Origin: Rhizophagus irregularis
Lineage: Eukaryota
NCBI RefSeq assembly: GCF_026210795.1
Contig: NC_089429.1
Location: 992,001 to 1,056,000 of the forward strand
Direction of reading: 5' to 3'
DNA length: 64,000 bases
Positions within the stretch are counted from its first letter, which is position 1. Each line of letters starts with the position of its first letter. Of the stretch, positions 25,701 through 37,347 are shown piece after piece. Below the pieces are notes generated by a model. That model searched no databases. It was not told the origin of the DNA and worked only from the letters and a program-made list of their open reading frames with translations. Position numbers and translations under genes: made by a program.

Positions 25701-28221
25701 TAAAAATAAATTAAAGTTAGCTTCAACTGCACCAAATATAATTATGGAATTGAATTTATTATATAATATTCGTTCAATTTTTGATAATCAATTGCAAGCT
25801 AAGGTTAATAATTTTATAATTCAAATTAATGATCAAGGAATTCTAGGAAAAATAATGGAGATTCGTTTAGTAGATATTCAAAATAAACTACTTTTACCTT
25901 TCAATCCTTTAATTAATTTTCCTTTTTCTAATAAAGATTTAATCTTTATGGGTCAACATTTGCGAAATAATTTTATTATTAATAATTTATTATTAATGAA
26001 AAGTTATAATTTTAGTATAGAATTTAATAAACACAATATTGGGAAAAATAGTACTGTATTAGGAAGGGGTCGTCATATTATGGAAATTGTTGGAACTGAA
26101 AGTTTTTTGAAAAATATAAAAATTTTACGTATGAATAATTTATACTTTTTGGACCAATTTTTATCTCCTGATAACAAAACTCTTCTGACATGGTGGAATA
26201 TAAAAAATAAGATATTTGCTCTTAGTAATAATAGAAATAGTAATGTAGTTAATACGCCAAATATATATAAAAAAATTCAGTCTTTAGTTACAACTAATGG
26301 AAAAAATTATAATGTTAAAGAGGAATATATAGATAATAATGTAGTCACAAATTTGGGTGGTTATGAATTTTTACCAATTAATATTCATATTAATAATATT
26401 ATAACATCTTTTAATATGTTTCATTTTGAAAATATTTATGGAAAAATAATTGAAGAAAAGCCCTTTACATATATTTTTGAACATTTTAAAAGAATATCAG
26501 ACACAAGTGAAATTAATTTGTTTATTAAAGTATGTAATGGTTGTGAATATAATATTGGTCAAATAGAGGGTAAATGTATAATAGAATCAATGAAAACTGA
26601 AATATATGAAGTGAGATATAAAAGACTTATTAAATGGAAGGGATATAAGGCATATCTTCTAAAGGAAGCACAACATAATTATATGGAAAATATTATAAGA
26701 TATGATCAATTTTTTAAACGAAACCCTTTATATTACTCTTCATATGATAATTATCAATTACGTTTTGATGAAAATAGTTTAGATATTATTGAAAAATATA
26801 TAGATTTATCATTAGATAAACAGAAATTATTTGATTCAAGAAAAATTTTATATGATTCAAACATTAAAGATTTTGTTTGCTATACAGATGGTTCAATTAA
26901 AGATATTACCAAAGAATATGTATCAGCTACTTTTGGAACAACTTTTTATAATTTGTCCTTGCAAAAAATTTTGGAATTAATATCATCTTATAATAATTGG
27001 ATTTCATCAACACGTGCAGAAATTTTTGCTTTATTAATTACTTTGCTAATAGCACCTTCTAATAGTAATTTAACAGTTTATACAGATAGTGCTAGCGTTA
27101 TTAGTAAATTTGAAAAATTTAAATTTTATAATTTTACTTTAGTTACTAGACAAATTTTTAAAATTAGTAATAACAACATTCTTTGGAAAATAATTATGGA
27201 TATTATTAAAGAAAATAATTTATCTGTTAATATATTTAAAGTTAATGCTCATACAAATGATTCTTTAAATAATTATGTCGACAATATTGTTTCTTTGGCA
27301 CATAATGATCAAAATTTAGGAATTAATTTAAATTATAATAATTTTTATGATCTTCCTTGGATTCCCAAATGGAATGGCATAGTTATAGAAAAATCTTTAA
27401 GAAAGTTAATTACATTAACAACCAATACGAAAAATTTGGAAAGGTTTTTAAATTTAAATAGAAATGATAAGTATAGAAAATGTGAAATAGATTGGTCAAT
27501 TTTTTTTAATAATTTTTTGGGAGAAAAACAAAAATTATACACTGATTTCAAAGAATCAAAAATTAGAAGACGCAAAATTCAGTTGATGATTGAAGAACTT
27601 CCTTGCATTGAACAAATTAAAAGAACTTTATTTTCATTATATAAAGAAAGGTTTTGTCCTATGTGTGAAGAGGATGAAGAAGATTTCAATCATATCTGGT
27701 TTTGTGAAGAAAGACGAGAGGATATGGATGATTTAATTTCAGGAGTACAAAATTGGCTTCTTTTAGAAATTAATAAAATTTTAGATCCTATTAATCATAT
27801 TACTCTTGAACATATTAAAAATCTCAATGATATTTGGAAACTTGAAGTATCAGAGGATCAAATAACTTTCATAGATTTAATTAAAGGTTTCTTTCCTTGT
27901 TCGTTAATTAATTTTTTTAAACAATTATTATCTACGAAATCAAAAGTTGAAATTTTGTCATATAATTTTAGGAATGAAATTTTGGATAAATCTATGATTT
28001 TTTGGAAAGTGAGGTGTAATAAACTTAATGAAATTGATAGAGGTTTGGGAATTGATAAAAATGTTAAAAAACAACATTTTGGTAAAGAGCAGTTTATTGA
28101 CAAAACGCGTAAATCAAAAAATAAGAAATACTTTAATCTACAAAGTCTTCAAAGTCATATTTATTTTGGGGGTAATACAATAGATTACTATAATATTGTT
28201 GATTACGGTAGTGTTTCGTAG
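22717..28221 (+). CDS. LINE ORF2: APE endonuclease - reverse transcriptase - RNase H - C-terminal Zn finger (two compensating 1-bp indels)
   Basis: EN: SLNIKG, LSET, GDFN, RIDY, TDH. RT: LDMSKAYD, GIDQG, YMDD. RNase H: YTDGS, RAE, YTDS, AH, NYVD. Zn finger: CPMC..H...C. Indels at ~23770 and ~24165. Confidence 0.92.
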
Positions 28222-28520
28222 TATTATTTTTATTATCTTTGATGTTGTAGTAGTAATTAAAGGAGTTGTGGTGAGTTTTTATATAACATTACCGAAGTCC
28301 ATACGAATAGTAGTAGTTATGCGGATAGTTTAGTGAACCTATTTGGGTGAGCAGGATGGTAGATAGTTCTTTTGAACATAAAATCTTAAGTCCCTAATAA
28401 TATTATAGTATTAGTTCGATCGTGTTCTTTACTAAATGTTATATAATGTAGATCTTTTCCTTTTTTGTAATTTTTCTTATTTCTAAATAAAGTCGACTTC
28501 GTTAAAAAAAAAAAAAAAAT

Positions 28521-28790
28521 ATAAAAAAAATTGATTTTTTTTTATTAAAAACGTCAGACTTGACGTTTTTATGATTAAAAAATCATTTTTACGTTAGATT
28601 TGATTAAAAATCAAAAAAATTGATTTTTTTGGTTAAAAACGTAAGACTTGGCGTTTTTGTAATTAATAATCAAAAAAAAATGATTTTATTAATTAAAAAC
28701 GTTAGACTTGACGTTTTTGTAATTAAAAAATCAAAAACTGAATTTTTTTAGTTAAAAAACGTCAGACTTGACGTTTCTGTGGTTAAAAAT
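28521..28790. repeat. Repeated palindromic aaaaacgtcagacttgacgttttt units
   Basis: About four imperfect copies. Likely subterminal repeats of the element that hosts the LINE. Confidence 0.7.
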
Positions 28791-30550
28791 TAGAGTTCTG
28801 AACAGGTTGTCCAAATTCAGGTAACCTGATAGGTTGACCTGAATTTATCAGGTCAGGTTTAGCAATTTCGATTTGGCATCAGTTCAGGTTGTAACATCAG
28901 TAAAATTTGAATGACCTGTTGACCTGAAACTAACAATACTATTATTTTATAATAATATATTAAAAAAAACATTGGGAAAATGATTTTTCTATAAGATTAT
29001 ATTAGAAAAAAACATTTCGCAACTTTTTTTTTGATATTTTATTGAAAAATGTTGCGAAAACATTTTTTCTATAAGATTATATTAGAAAAAAATGTTTTGC
29101 AACTTTTTTTTTGATATTTTATTGAAAAACGTTGCAAAAACATTTTTTCTATAAGATTATATTAGAAAAAAACGTTTTTAAAATTATTTTTAAATTAAAA
29201 CTAATACTAAATTAGCTAAATTAGAATTAAGCAGTATTAAGAAAAATTCGCGAGAATTTCCCTTGATACTGCTTAATTTTTTAAATTAAAACCTAATACT
29301 AAATTAGCTAAATTAGAATTAAGCAGTATTAAGAAAAATTCGCGAGAATTTCTCTTGATACTGCTTAATTTTTTAAATTAAAACCTAATACTAAATTAGC
29401 TAAATTAGAATTAAGCAGTATTAAGAAAAATTCGCGAGTATTTTCCTTGATACTGCTTAATTTTTTAAATTAAAACCTAATACTAAATTAGCTAATTAGA
29501 ATTAAGCTATTAGGTTGTAACATAGATTTTTTCGAATGTCATGATTTTATTGAAATGAACAAGTTCAAAATAAATCATATTTCATATACTTTACATTTTA
29601 TAGTCCTAACTCCCCTTTAAACAGAACTCTTGTTTTATTGAAAAATATTGCGAAGACGTTTTTTCTATAGAAAAAAACATTTTGCAATGTTTTTTTTTGA
29701 TATTTTATTGAAAAACGTTGCAAAATATTTTTTCCTAATATAATGATATAGAAAAAAACGTTTTCACAACGTTTTCCAATAAAATATCAAGAAAAATGTT
29801 GCGAAATGTTTTTTCCTAATATAATGTTATAGAAAAAATGTTTCGCAACATTTTTCTTGATATTTTATTGGAAAACGTTGTGAAAACGTTATTTCTATAT
29901 CATTATATTAGGAAAAAATGTTTGCAACATTTTTCTTGATATTTTATTGCGAAATCGATTTTTCTATAAGATTATATTAGGAAAAAATGTTTTGCAACGT
30001 TTTTCTTGATATTTTATTGAAAAACGTTGCGAAAACGTTTTTTCTATAACATTATATTAGGAAAAAATGTTTCGCAACTTTTTTTTGATATTTTATTGAA
30101 AAACGTTGCGAAAACGTTTTTTCTATAACATTATATTAGGAAAAATGGTTCGCAACATTTTTTTTTTATATTTTATTGAAAAACGTTGTGAAAACATTTT
30201 TTATATAACATTATATTAGAAAAAAACATTGCGCAACATTTTTTTTCAATAATTTAATAAAAATCATTTGGGTTAACCTGAAATTTTTTAGGTTTCAGGT
30301 CAGGTCAGGTCAAACAGATAATCTGATATAACCTGACCTGACCTGACCTGACTAGAGCTCCGCACAGGTCGGGTCGGGTCGGGTAATTTGTCTGACCCGA
30401 ACTGAAAATTTTTATCAGGTCGGGTCGGGTCGGGTAACCTGCTCTGACCTGACCTGACCCGTTTGACCTGAAAGTATTCGGGTCATTTCAGGTAACCCGT
30501 TTTGACCTGAAAATATTCGGGTCATTTCAGGTGACCGGGTAACCTGATTT
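28791..30550. mobile_element. Nested non-autonomous DNA-element sequence (possibly hAT-like) with ACCTG/CAGGT subterminal repeats and internal ~80-bp arrays
   Basis: TAGAG starts at 28791 and 30353, each followed by acctg/ggtcg clusters. ~80-bp repeats at 28960-29180 and 29640-30240. Matching right TIRs not found. Confidence 0.45.
29192..29508. repeat. 92-bp tandem repeat, 3.5 units, each with a ~55-bp imperfect hairpin
   Basis: Units start at 29192, 29283, 29375, 29467. Hairpin arms aattaagcagta...tactgcttaatt. Confidence 0.9.
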
Positions 30551-30644
30551 ATAAAAAAAAGAAAAAACGTTGAGAAACGTTCTTTTTAAATTAATTGTAT
30601 ATTAAAAAACGTTTTTGCAACGTTTTTTTTATTTAATAAAATGC

Positions 30645-31910
30645 TAAAAAATGCCGTTTCAGCATTTTTCCATCAAATAATATGAAAAAATGCCGTTTTG
30701 GCGATTTTTTCATAAAATAAGTGGAAAAAAATGCCGTTTTGGCATTTTTCCATAAGATAATATGAAAAAAGCCGATTTGGCGATTTTTTTCATAAAAGAA
30801 GTGAAAAAAAAATGCCGTTTTGGCATTTTTTCATTAAATAATATGAAAAAAATGCCGTTTTGGCATTTTTTCATTAAATAATATGAAAAAAATGCCGTTT
30901 TGGCGATTTTTTTCATAAAAGAAGTGAAAAAAAATGCCAAAACGGCATTTTTCCATAAGATAATATGAAAAAAGCCGCTTTGGCGATTTTTTTCATAAAA
31001 GAAGTGAAAAAAAATGCCGTTTTGGCATTTTTACATAAAATAATATGAAAAAACGCTGTTTTGGCAATTTTTTTCATAAAAGAAGTGAAAAAAAATGCCA
31101 AAACGGCATTTTCCATAAGATAATATGAAAAAATTGCCGCTTTGGCGATTTTTTTCATAAAATAAATGAAAAAAATGCCGTTTTGGCATTTTTACATAAA
31201 ATAATATGAAAAAACGCCATTTTGGCGATTTTTTTCATAAAAGAAGTGAAAAAAAATGCCGTTTTGGCATTTTTACATAAAATAATATGAAAAACGCCGT
31301 TTTGGCGATTTTTTTCATAAAAGAAGTGAAAAAAAATGCCAAAACTGCATTTTTCCATAAGATATTATGAAAAAATTGCCGCTTTGGCGATTTTTTTCAT
31401 AAAAGAAGTGAAAAAAAAATGCCGTTTTGGCATTTTTACATAAAATAATATGAAAAAACGCCGTTTTGGCAATTTTTTTCATAAAAGAAGTGAAAAAAAA
31501 TGCCGTTTCGGCATTTTCCCATTAAATAAAATGAAAAAACGCCGTTTTGGCAATTTTTTTCATAAAAGAAGTGAAAAAAAATGCCGTTTCGGCATTTTTC
31601 CATTAAATAATATGAAAAAACGCCGTTTTGGCGATTTTTTTCATAAAAGAAGTGAAAAAAAATGCCAAAACTGCATTTTTCCATAAGATAATATGAAAAA
31701 ATGCCGCTTTGGTGATTTTTTTCATAAAAGAAATGAAAAAAAATGCCAAAACGGCATTTTTCCATTAAATAATATGAAAAAACGCCGTTTTGGCGATTTT
31801 TTTCATAAAAGAAGTGAAAAAAAATGCCAAAACGGCATTTTTCCATTAAATAATATGAAAAAATGCCGTTTTGGCGTTTTTTTTTAATAATATTATATGA
31901 AAAAATGCTG
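30645..31910. repeat. ~81-bp tandem array (dimer of ~40 bp)
   Basis: cataaaagaagtg recurs about every 81 bp (e.g. 30997, 31078, 31238, 31319, 31401). Confidence 0.92.
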
Positions 31911-32079
31911 AAACGTTTTTTCTACAATTTTTTTTATTTTTTTGCAATATTTTATGAAATTTTAATGATCAACAAAAAAATGAAATTATGCAAATATTGA
32001 ATGATGCAACAATTTAACAGGGAATTTTAGTGGCACAGGAAGAGTTTTTGCGAAAAGTTGGCATTAGAAGTTTTTTTCA

Positions 32080-32158
32080 TTGACATTGTCATTGACATTG
32101 ACATTGACATTGACATTGACATTGTCACTGACATTGACATTGTCATTGACATTGACAT
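32080..32158. repeat. (GACATT)n microsatellite
   Basis: About 13 imperfect hexamers. Confidence 0.9.
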
Positions 32159-32418
32159 AAAGTTATATAAGATTAATCTGAGAGTTTTTTACCAAAAAGG
32201 AAATTTTTTTATAAAAAGGGAAATGATTTTCAATTTTAAGGCAATTCAGCAGGTGTTTTAATAACAAATTGAGAAATGATTTCCATAGAAAATCTCGTGA
32301 CAAAATTTATAATAAATTTAAAAATAAATGATCAACAAATGATCAACAAAATCGTTACTAGTTTTATAAAAAACGCCCAATAATATCTTTTTATTGTTTT
32401 AATATTATGTTGATTCTT

Positions 32419-33557
32419 ATTTTTTTGGTGAATTTTTCTCATCTTTCTTTTTTGCTTTCTGCTTTTTGGAGTTTTTCTGGGGGGTAGGGGGGTATCCCAA
32501 AATTGATCAACATCAGGTGGTTTGTAGATCTTTTCTTTTGAGAGAGTTGGGTGTAATTTAAGGGGGGTGCAGATCTTGGTAATCAGTTTTTGGTCAGGTG
32601 AGGTCAAGATGGCACATGTTTGGACTATCATGGGTTTTTTTCTGCGGTTTAGTTTAGATTGGAGGGATCGTTCGAAATGAGGTGGGTGTCCTTTCGGGGA
32701 TTGCACGACACTAAAAAGTTCCCCTTTAGTTTACTCTTAGGTAGTTTATTAACTCTGGTAATATAGTCACTTGGAGAATTTATTTTTATCGACCAGTGTG
32801 GGGGGATTTTTCCAACCAGGGGCTGGCGGTTCAGTTTGATAATCTGCGGGGTACGGGCTTCAACTTACCAAAACTTAGGTTTACCTAGGCGAGAGTATGG
32901 GAGGCAGTGGCGTTATCTGGGTTTTTGTGTCATGGGGTCTAATTTTAGTATCTCACATTATACCTTCTGCCTGTTAATTGCCCACCGGTTTGAGTAGATT
33001 ATTTTCACGTGTAGTTTAGTTAGTATTTTTGTCAATTTTGACTTATATGTAATTTTCTACTTATAATCGCGTCCATGTTAGGTTTCTAACTGGAATCCAT
33101 TAATAAAAATAAAAATAAAAATATTATGTTGATTCTTGCATGACACTAAAAAGTTCCCCTTTAGTTTACTCTTAGGTAGTTTGTTAACTCTGGTAATATA
33201 GTCACTTGGAGAATTTATTTTTATCGACCAGTGTGGGGGGATTTTTCCAACCAGGGGCTGGCGGTTCAGTTTGATAATCTGCGGGGTATGGGCTTCAACT
33301 TACCAAAACTTAGGTTTACCTAGGCGAGAGTATGGGAGGCAGTGGCGTTATCTGGGTTTTTGTGTCGTGGGGTCTAATTTTAGTATCTCACATTATACCT
33401 TCTTCCTGTTAATTGCCCACCGGTTTGAGTAGATTATTTTCGCGTGTAGTTTAGTTAGTATTTTTGTCAATTTTGACTTATATGTAATTTTCTACTTATA
33501 ATCGCGTCCATGTTAGGTTTCTAACTGGAACCCATTAATAAAAATAAAAAAATAAAA
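32419..33557 (+). mobile_element. Tandem pair of 5'-truncated non-LTR retroelement 3' ends with (TAAAAA)n tails
   Basis: 18-bp aatattatgttgattctt at 32401, 33120 and 33558. ~420-bp direct repeat 32703-33119 / 33138-33557. Confidence 0.7.
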
Positions 33558-33980
33558 AATATTATGTTGATTCTTTTCAATGAATAAGTAAATACTATTA
33601 TTATCATAATAAGGTAAATTCGAATAAAAATATCTAATATTTTTACAATATTTCATAATAAATTCAAATAATTGTTGTTTATGTTCATTATATTCGACTA
33701 CTATATCTCCATTTTCAAATCCAAAATTTTCTAAACAATCACTAAATTTTTGTAATAATAATAGTAATGATTCAATATGTTCATCAAGTATTATTTCTTT
33801 CATAAACAAAGATCTTAATTTAAAAGGTTTAATGACCTAATAATTTGTTGAACGAAATCTGAATTTAAAGAATCACAATAAAGAATGTGAATAGATTCTA
33901 AAACATTCAATTGATCAAAAACCTCTTGTAAAATACTATTTATATTTTTAAAATCAATGAAATAAAATATAATTGTATTT
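33558..33980 (-). pseudogene. Middle part of the split F-box/LRR-like gene
   Basis: NTIIFYFIDFKNINSILQEVFDQLNVLESIHILYC...HIESLLLLLQK...IEKNQHNI, with one frameshift. Colinear with 55870-57540. Confidence 0.85.
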
Positions 33981-35869
33981 ATGTATGTATTGTATGATAA
34001 ATGTGGTAATTTCATGTATTTTATTACCAAATATAACTATTTCACATTTTTCATTATGATTGTGTACTGGCTAAAACAATTCAACGTGTATTATTATAAT
34101 CTTTTTTTCTTTTTATTTAAAAATAAATATTTCTACCATGTTTATTACTTTTCATTTAAAAAAATTTAAAATAAATATTTCTATCGCGTTTTTATTACTA
34201 CAATCTCTTTCTTTTCATTTAAAATATTTCTATTACGTTTATTATTATGTCTAAAGTAAATTCTATTATTCTTTCAGATATTGAGACTATATCTGATGAT
34301 GAAACTATATCTGAAAATGAAATTTAATTCCTTGAGTCATCATCTATGAATATTGTAAATATTTGCATTATCTCTAGCAATACATTAAGAAATATTTATT
34401 TATAATAAAAAATAATTTTTTTTTTTTGTAAATACTAATCTTTATGTTTGGCGAAAATAAGTATGCCATACATAGCAAACGTTCATTTTAATATCCATAC
34501 ATGTATGGACACAATCAAAAATACATAAGCATACAATACATACAATGTTAAGCATACACTACATGTTTTATAATCACCTTCCATACATGTATGGATATTA
34601 AAAATGATGTATGGCATACTTATTTTCGCCATACATAATATTAGGATTTACAAAAAAAAAAAATTTAAGTATTTTTTTATTATAAATAAAATAAATATTC
34701 CTTAATGTAATGCTAGAGATAATGCAAATATTTACAATATTCATAGATGATGACTCATAAGGAATTAATTTTCATTTTCAGATATAGTTTCATCATCAGA
34801 TATAGTCTCAATATCTGAAAGAATAACAGGATTTACTTTGGACATAGTAATAAACATAATAGAAATATTTTAAATGAAAAGAAAAGAGAAGATTATAGTA
34901 ATAAAATTGCAATAGAAATATTTATTTTTAAATTTTTTTAAATGAAAAAGTATTAATAAACACAGTAAAAATATTTATTTTTAAATAAAAAGAAAGAAAG
35001 ATTATAATAATACACGTTGAATTGTTGGGTATATAGCAAACATGTATTGTATTGTTAGCTTTGTATGTATTGTATTATTATAACTTTTTAATGTATGTAT
35101 GATCTTTTCCCAATTATGTATGTATTGTATGATAAATCTTTTTATTACCAAATTTAACTATCATAATGATTGTGTACTGGCTAAAACAATTCAACGTGTA
35201 TTATTATAATCTTTCTTTCTTTTTATTTAAAAATAAATATTTTTACTGTGTTTATTAATACTTTTTCATTTAAAAAAATTTAAAAATAAATATTTCTATT
35301 GCAATTTTATTACTATAATCTTCTCTTTTCTTTTCATTTAAAATATTTCTATTACATTTATTACTATGTCCAAAGTAAATCCTGTTATTCTTTCAGATAT
35401 TGAGACTATATCTGATGACGAAACTATATCTGAAAATGAAAATTAATTCCTTATGAGTCATCATCTATGAATATTGTAAATATTTGCATTATTTCTAGCA
35501 TTACATTAAGGAATATTTATTTTATTTATAATAAAAAAATACTTAAATTTTTTTTTTTTGTAAATCCTAATATTATGTATGGCAAAAATAAGTATGCCAT
35601 ACATCATTTTTAATATCCATACATGTATGGACACAATCAAAGCATACATAAGCATACAATACATACAACGTTAAGCATACACTACATGTTTTATAATCAC
35701 CTTGAATTGTTTTAGCCAGTACACAATCATTATGATAGTTAAATTTGGTAATAAAAAGATTTATCATACAATACATACATAATTGGGAAAAGATCATACA
35801 TACATTAAAAAGTTATAATAATACAATACATACAAAGCTAACCATACAATACATGTTTGCTATATACCC
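33981..35869. repeat. Direct-inverted-direct triplication of a long-TIR non-autonomous element
   Basis: 34581-35026 is the reverse complement of 35185-35630. 168-bp TIR 35027-35194 / 35702-35869. A more diverged direct copy lies at 33981-34580. Confidence 0.85.
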
Positions 35870-36159
35870 TATGGTTTTGAACACAAATGCATACATAATT
35901 GAGGAGATAAATTTTATTGGTTCTCATTTATCAGTCCGAATATATATATTATTAATTTTTTTTTGTAATAAAGATTTATTTGGAAATTTATAAATGACTC
36001 ATATTGACTAATTATAGTATTTATATTACATTCACCCTGCAAAAACATTGCCAAAATTGACTGTTTTCTTTATTTTCTTTATTTAATATATTTCTAAATA
36101 TAAATTAAAGAAATGCAAACGCGTAAACGCGCTTTTTCTTTTTCTTTACTATTTTTTGA

Positions 36160-36508
36160 TTGTCTAAAGTCAGCCCACTTATTCTTTCAGATATTGAAAC
36201 AATATCTGATGATGAAACAATATCTGAAGATGAATCTCCAAGATTATTAGTAGATGACCAGGTATTTTTATTGTCATCACATTTTTTATTGATAAGTTTG
36301 AATAAAGTTTACTTGATAACTTTTTTGAAACTTAATTTAGGATAATAATGATGAAGATGAACAAGTGGCATTTTTAACTAAACATCTTTCAGTTTCAGAA
36401 ATCATTTATTCAGCCTCTCCTATTGAATACCCAAAAACTTCACCACAGGGAGTAGCTACCATTTTCAATATTTCAGGTTGGTCAAACCCAATGGCATGTT
36501 TTAATGAT
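36160..36508 (+). pseudogene. 5' two exons of a probable transposon-borne gene (possibly MULE-like)
   Basis: SKVSPLILSDIETISDDETISEDE, GT-AG intron, then DNNDED...PIEYPKTSPQGVATIFNISGW. The same 5' segment is inside the adjacent TIR element. Family assignment is from memory only. Confidence 0.45.
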
Positions 36509-36726
36509 GTAAGTATTTGTAATTATTTAAAATAAATAACTTTTAAGTAGATTGTCATGTATTATTATTTTTTGTATGCTAAAAATTCATACATGTATGG
36601 TTTATTGCAAGTCTGTATGGATTTGCATACATAGATTGAAAACAATACTGCGTAAAACCATACATACCATACAGTACATACATAAAAAACCATACCATAC
36701 AGGTTTAAGTAACACCTGTTGATTTG

Positions 36727-37347
36727 GATTGATTTGCAATTAGAATATAAAAATTCTAAAAATGCAATATTTTGATATAAATCATTATTATAAATATGGA
36801 ATGTTAAATTTCTGATATCATATATAAGATTTGGATTTTGTAAAATCAAGTATATATTATCATCAAAATAATTATAACCATAAGACCTAGGATGTACAAC
36901 TTCAAAAGAATGTAAATTCCTTTCATTTTCAATGAACACTTCAAATAATAAACTATAAACTAAATTTCCTAACCTATTATCGGATTTATCTACTAAAGTA
37001 TCAACCCAATATTTAATAAAATGACAAATTTTACTTATATCTAAGTATTTAATAAAACTAGGATAATTGAATAATGGATTTGTAAGAAATAAATTATCAT
37101 TAATTTCATATTTATTAAATCTTGCTTTATCATCTTCATTTAAAAAGCAGAAATAAGTTTTAATACAACGATAATTTTGGGTAGGAAGTGAAAATGGATC
37201 TTCCCATAATAATGGAATGGTTAAACGACACCATAATCTATTAACTAAAATAAATGAATATAATGTTGAAATATCTTTTCTAAAATACTGTATAATTTTA
37301 TAGGTTAGTTCAGGTAAATCTCCTGAAAATATTTTTGAGCATGCCAT
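36727..37347 (-). pseudogene. 5' part of the split F-box/LRR-like gene
   Basis: MACSKIFSGDLPEL...LVNRLWCRLTIPLLWEDPF...FLYSNCKSI, after which homology to the paralogues stops. Confidence 0.9.

Larger units (their letters stand above)
20516..28516 (+). mobile_element. Full-length LINE retrotransposon (8.0 kb)
   Basis: 19-bp TSD aaatataaaaaaaattgat (20497-20515 / 28517-28535), ORF1 + ORF2, AATAAA then poly(A) from 28504. Confidence 0.95.

Noticed and set aside
20593..28221. Bacterial retron, group II intron or other prokaryotic RT system
   Set aside because: APE endonuclease, ORF1 knuckle, poly(A) tail and TSD identify a eukaryotic LINE.
29192..29508. CRISPR-like array of palindromic repeats
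   Set aside because: Linkers are identical rather than unique spacers, there are no cas genes, and the context is eukaryotic.
30710..31887. Repetitive ORFs (MEKCRFGIFF..., MKKRRFG...)
   Set aside because: Translations of the 81-bp tandem array on both strands.
32058..32261. DIDIDI ORF
   Set aside because: (GACATT)n microsatellite.
32703..33557. LTR pair
   Set aside because: No TG...CA ends and no internal gag/pol. A-rich tails and an 18-bp TSD fit a non-LTR origin.
36565..36726. C-terminus of the 273-aa F-box ORF
   Set aside because: Read-through into inserted repeat DNA; homology ends at about 36727.
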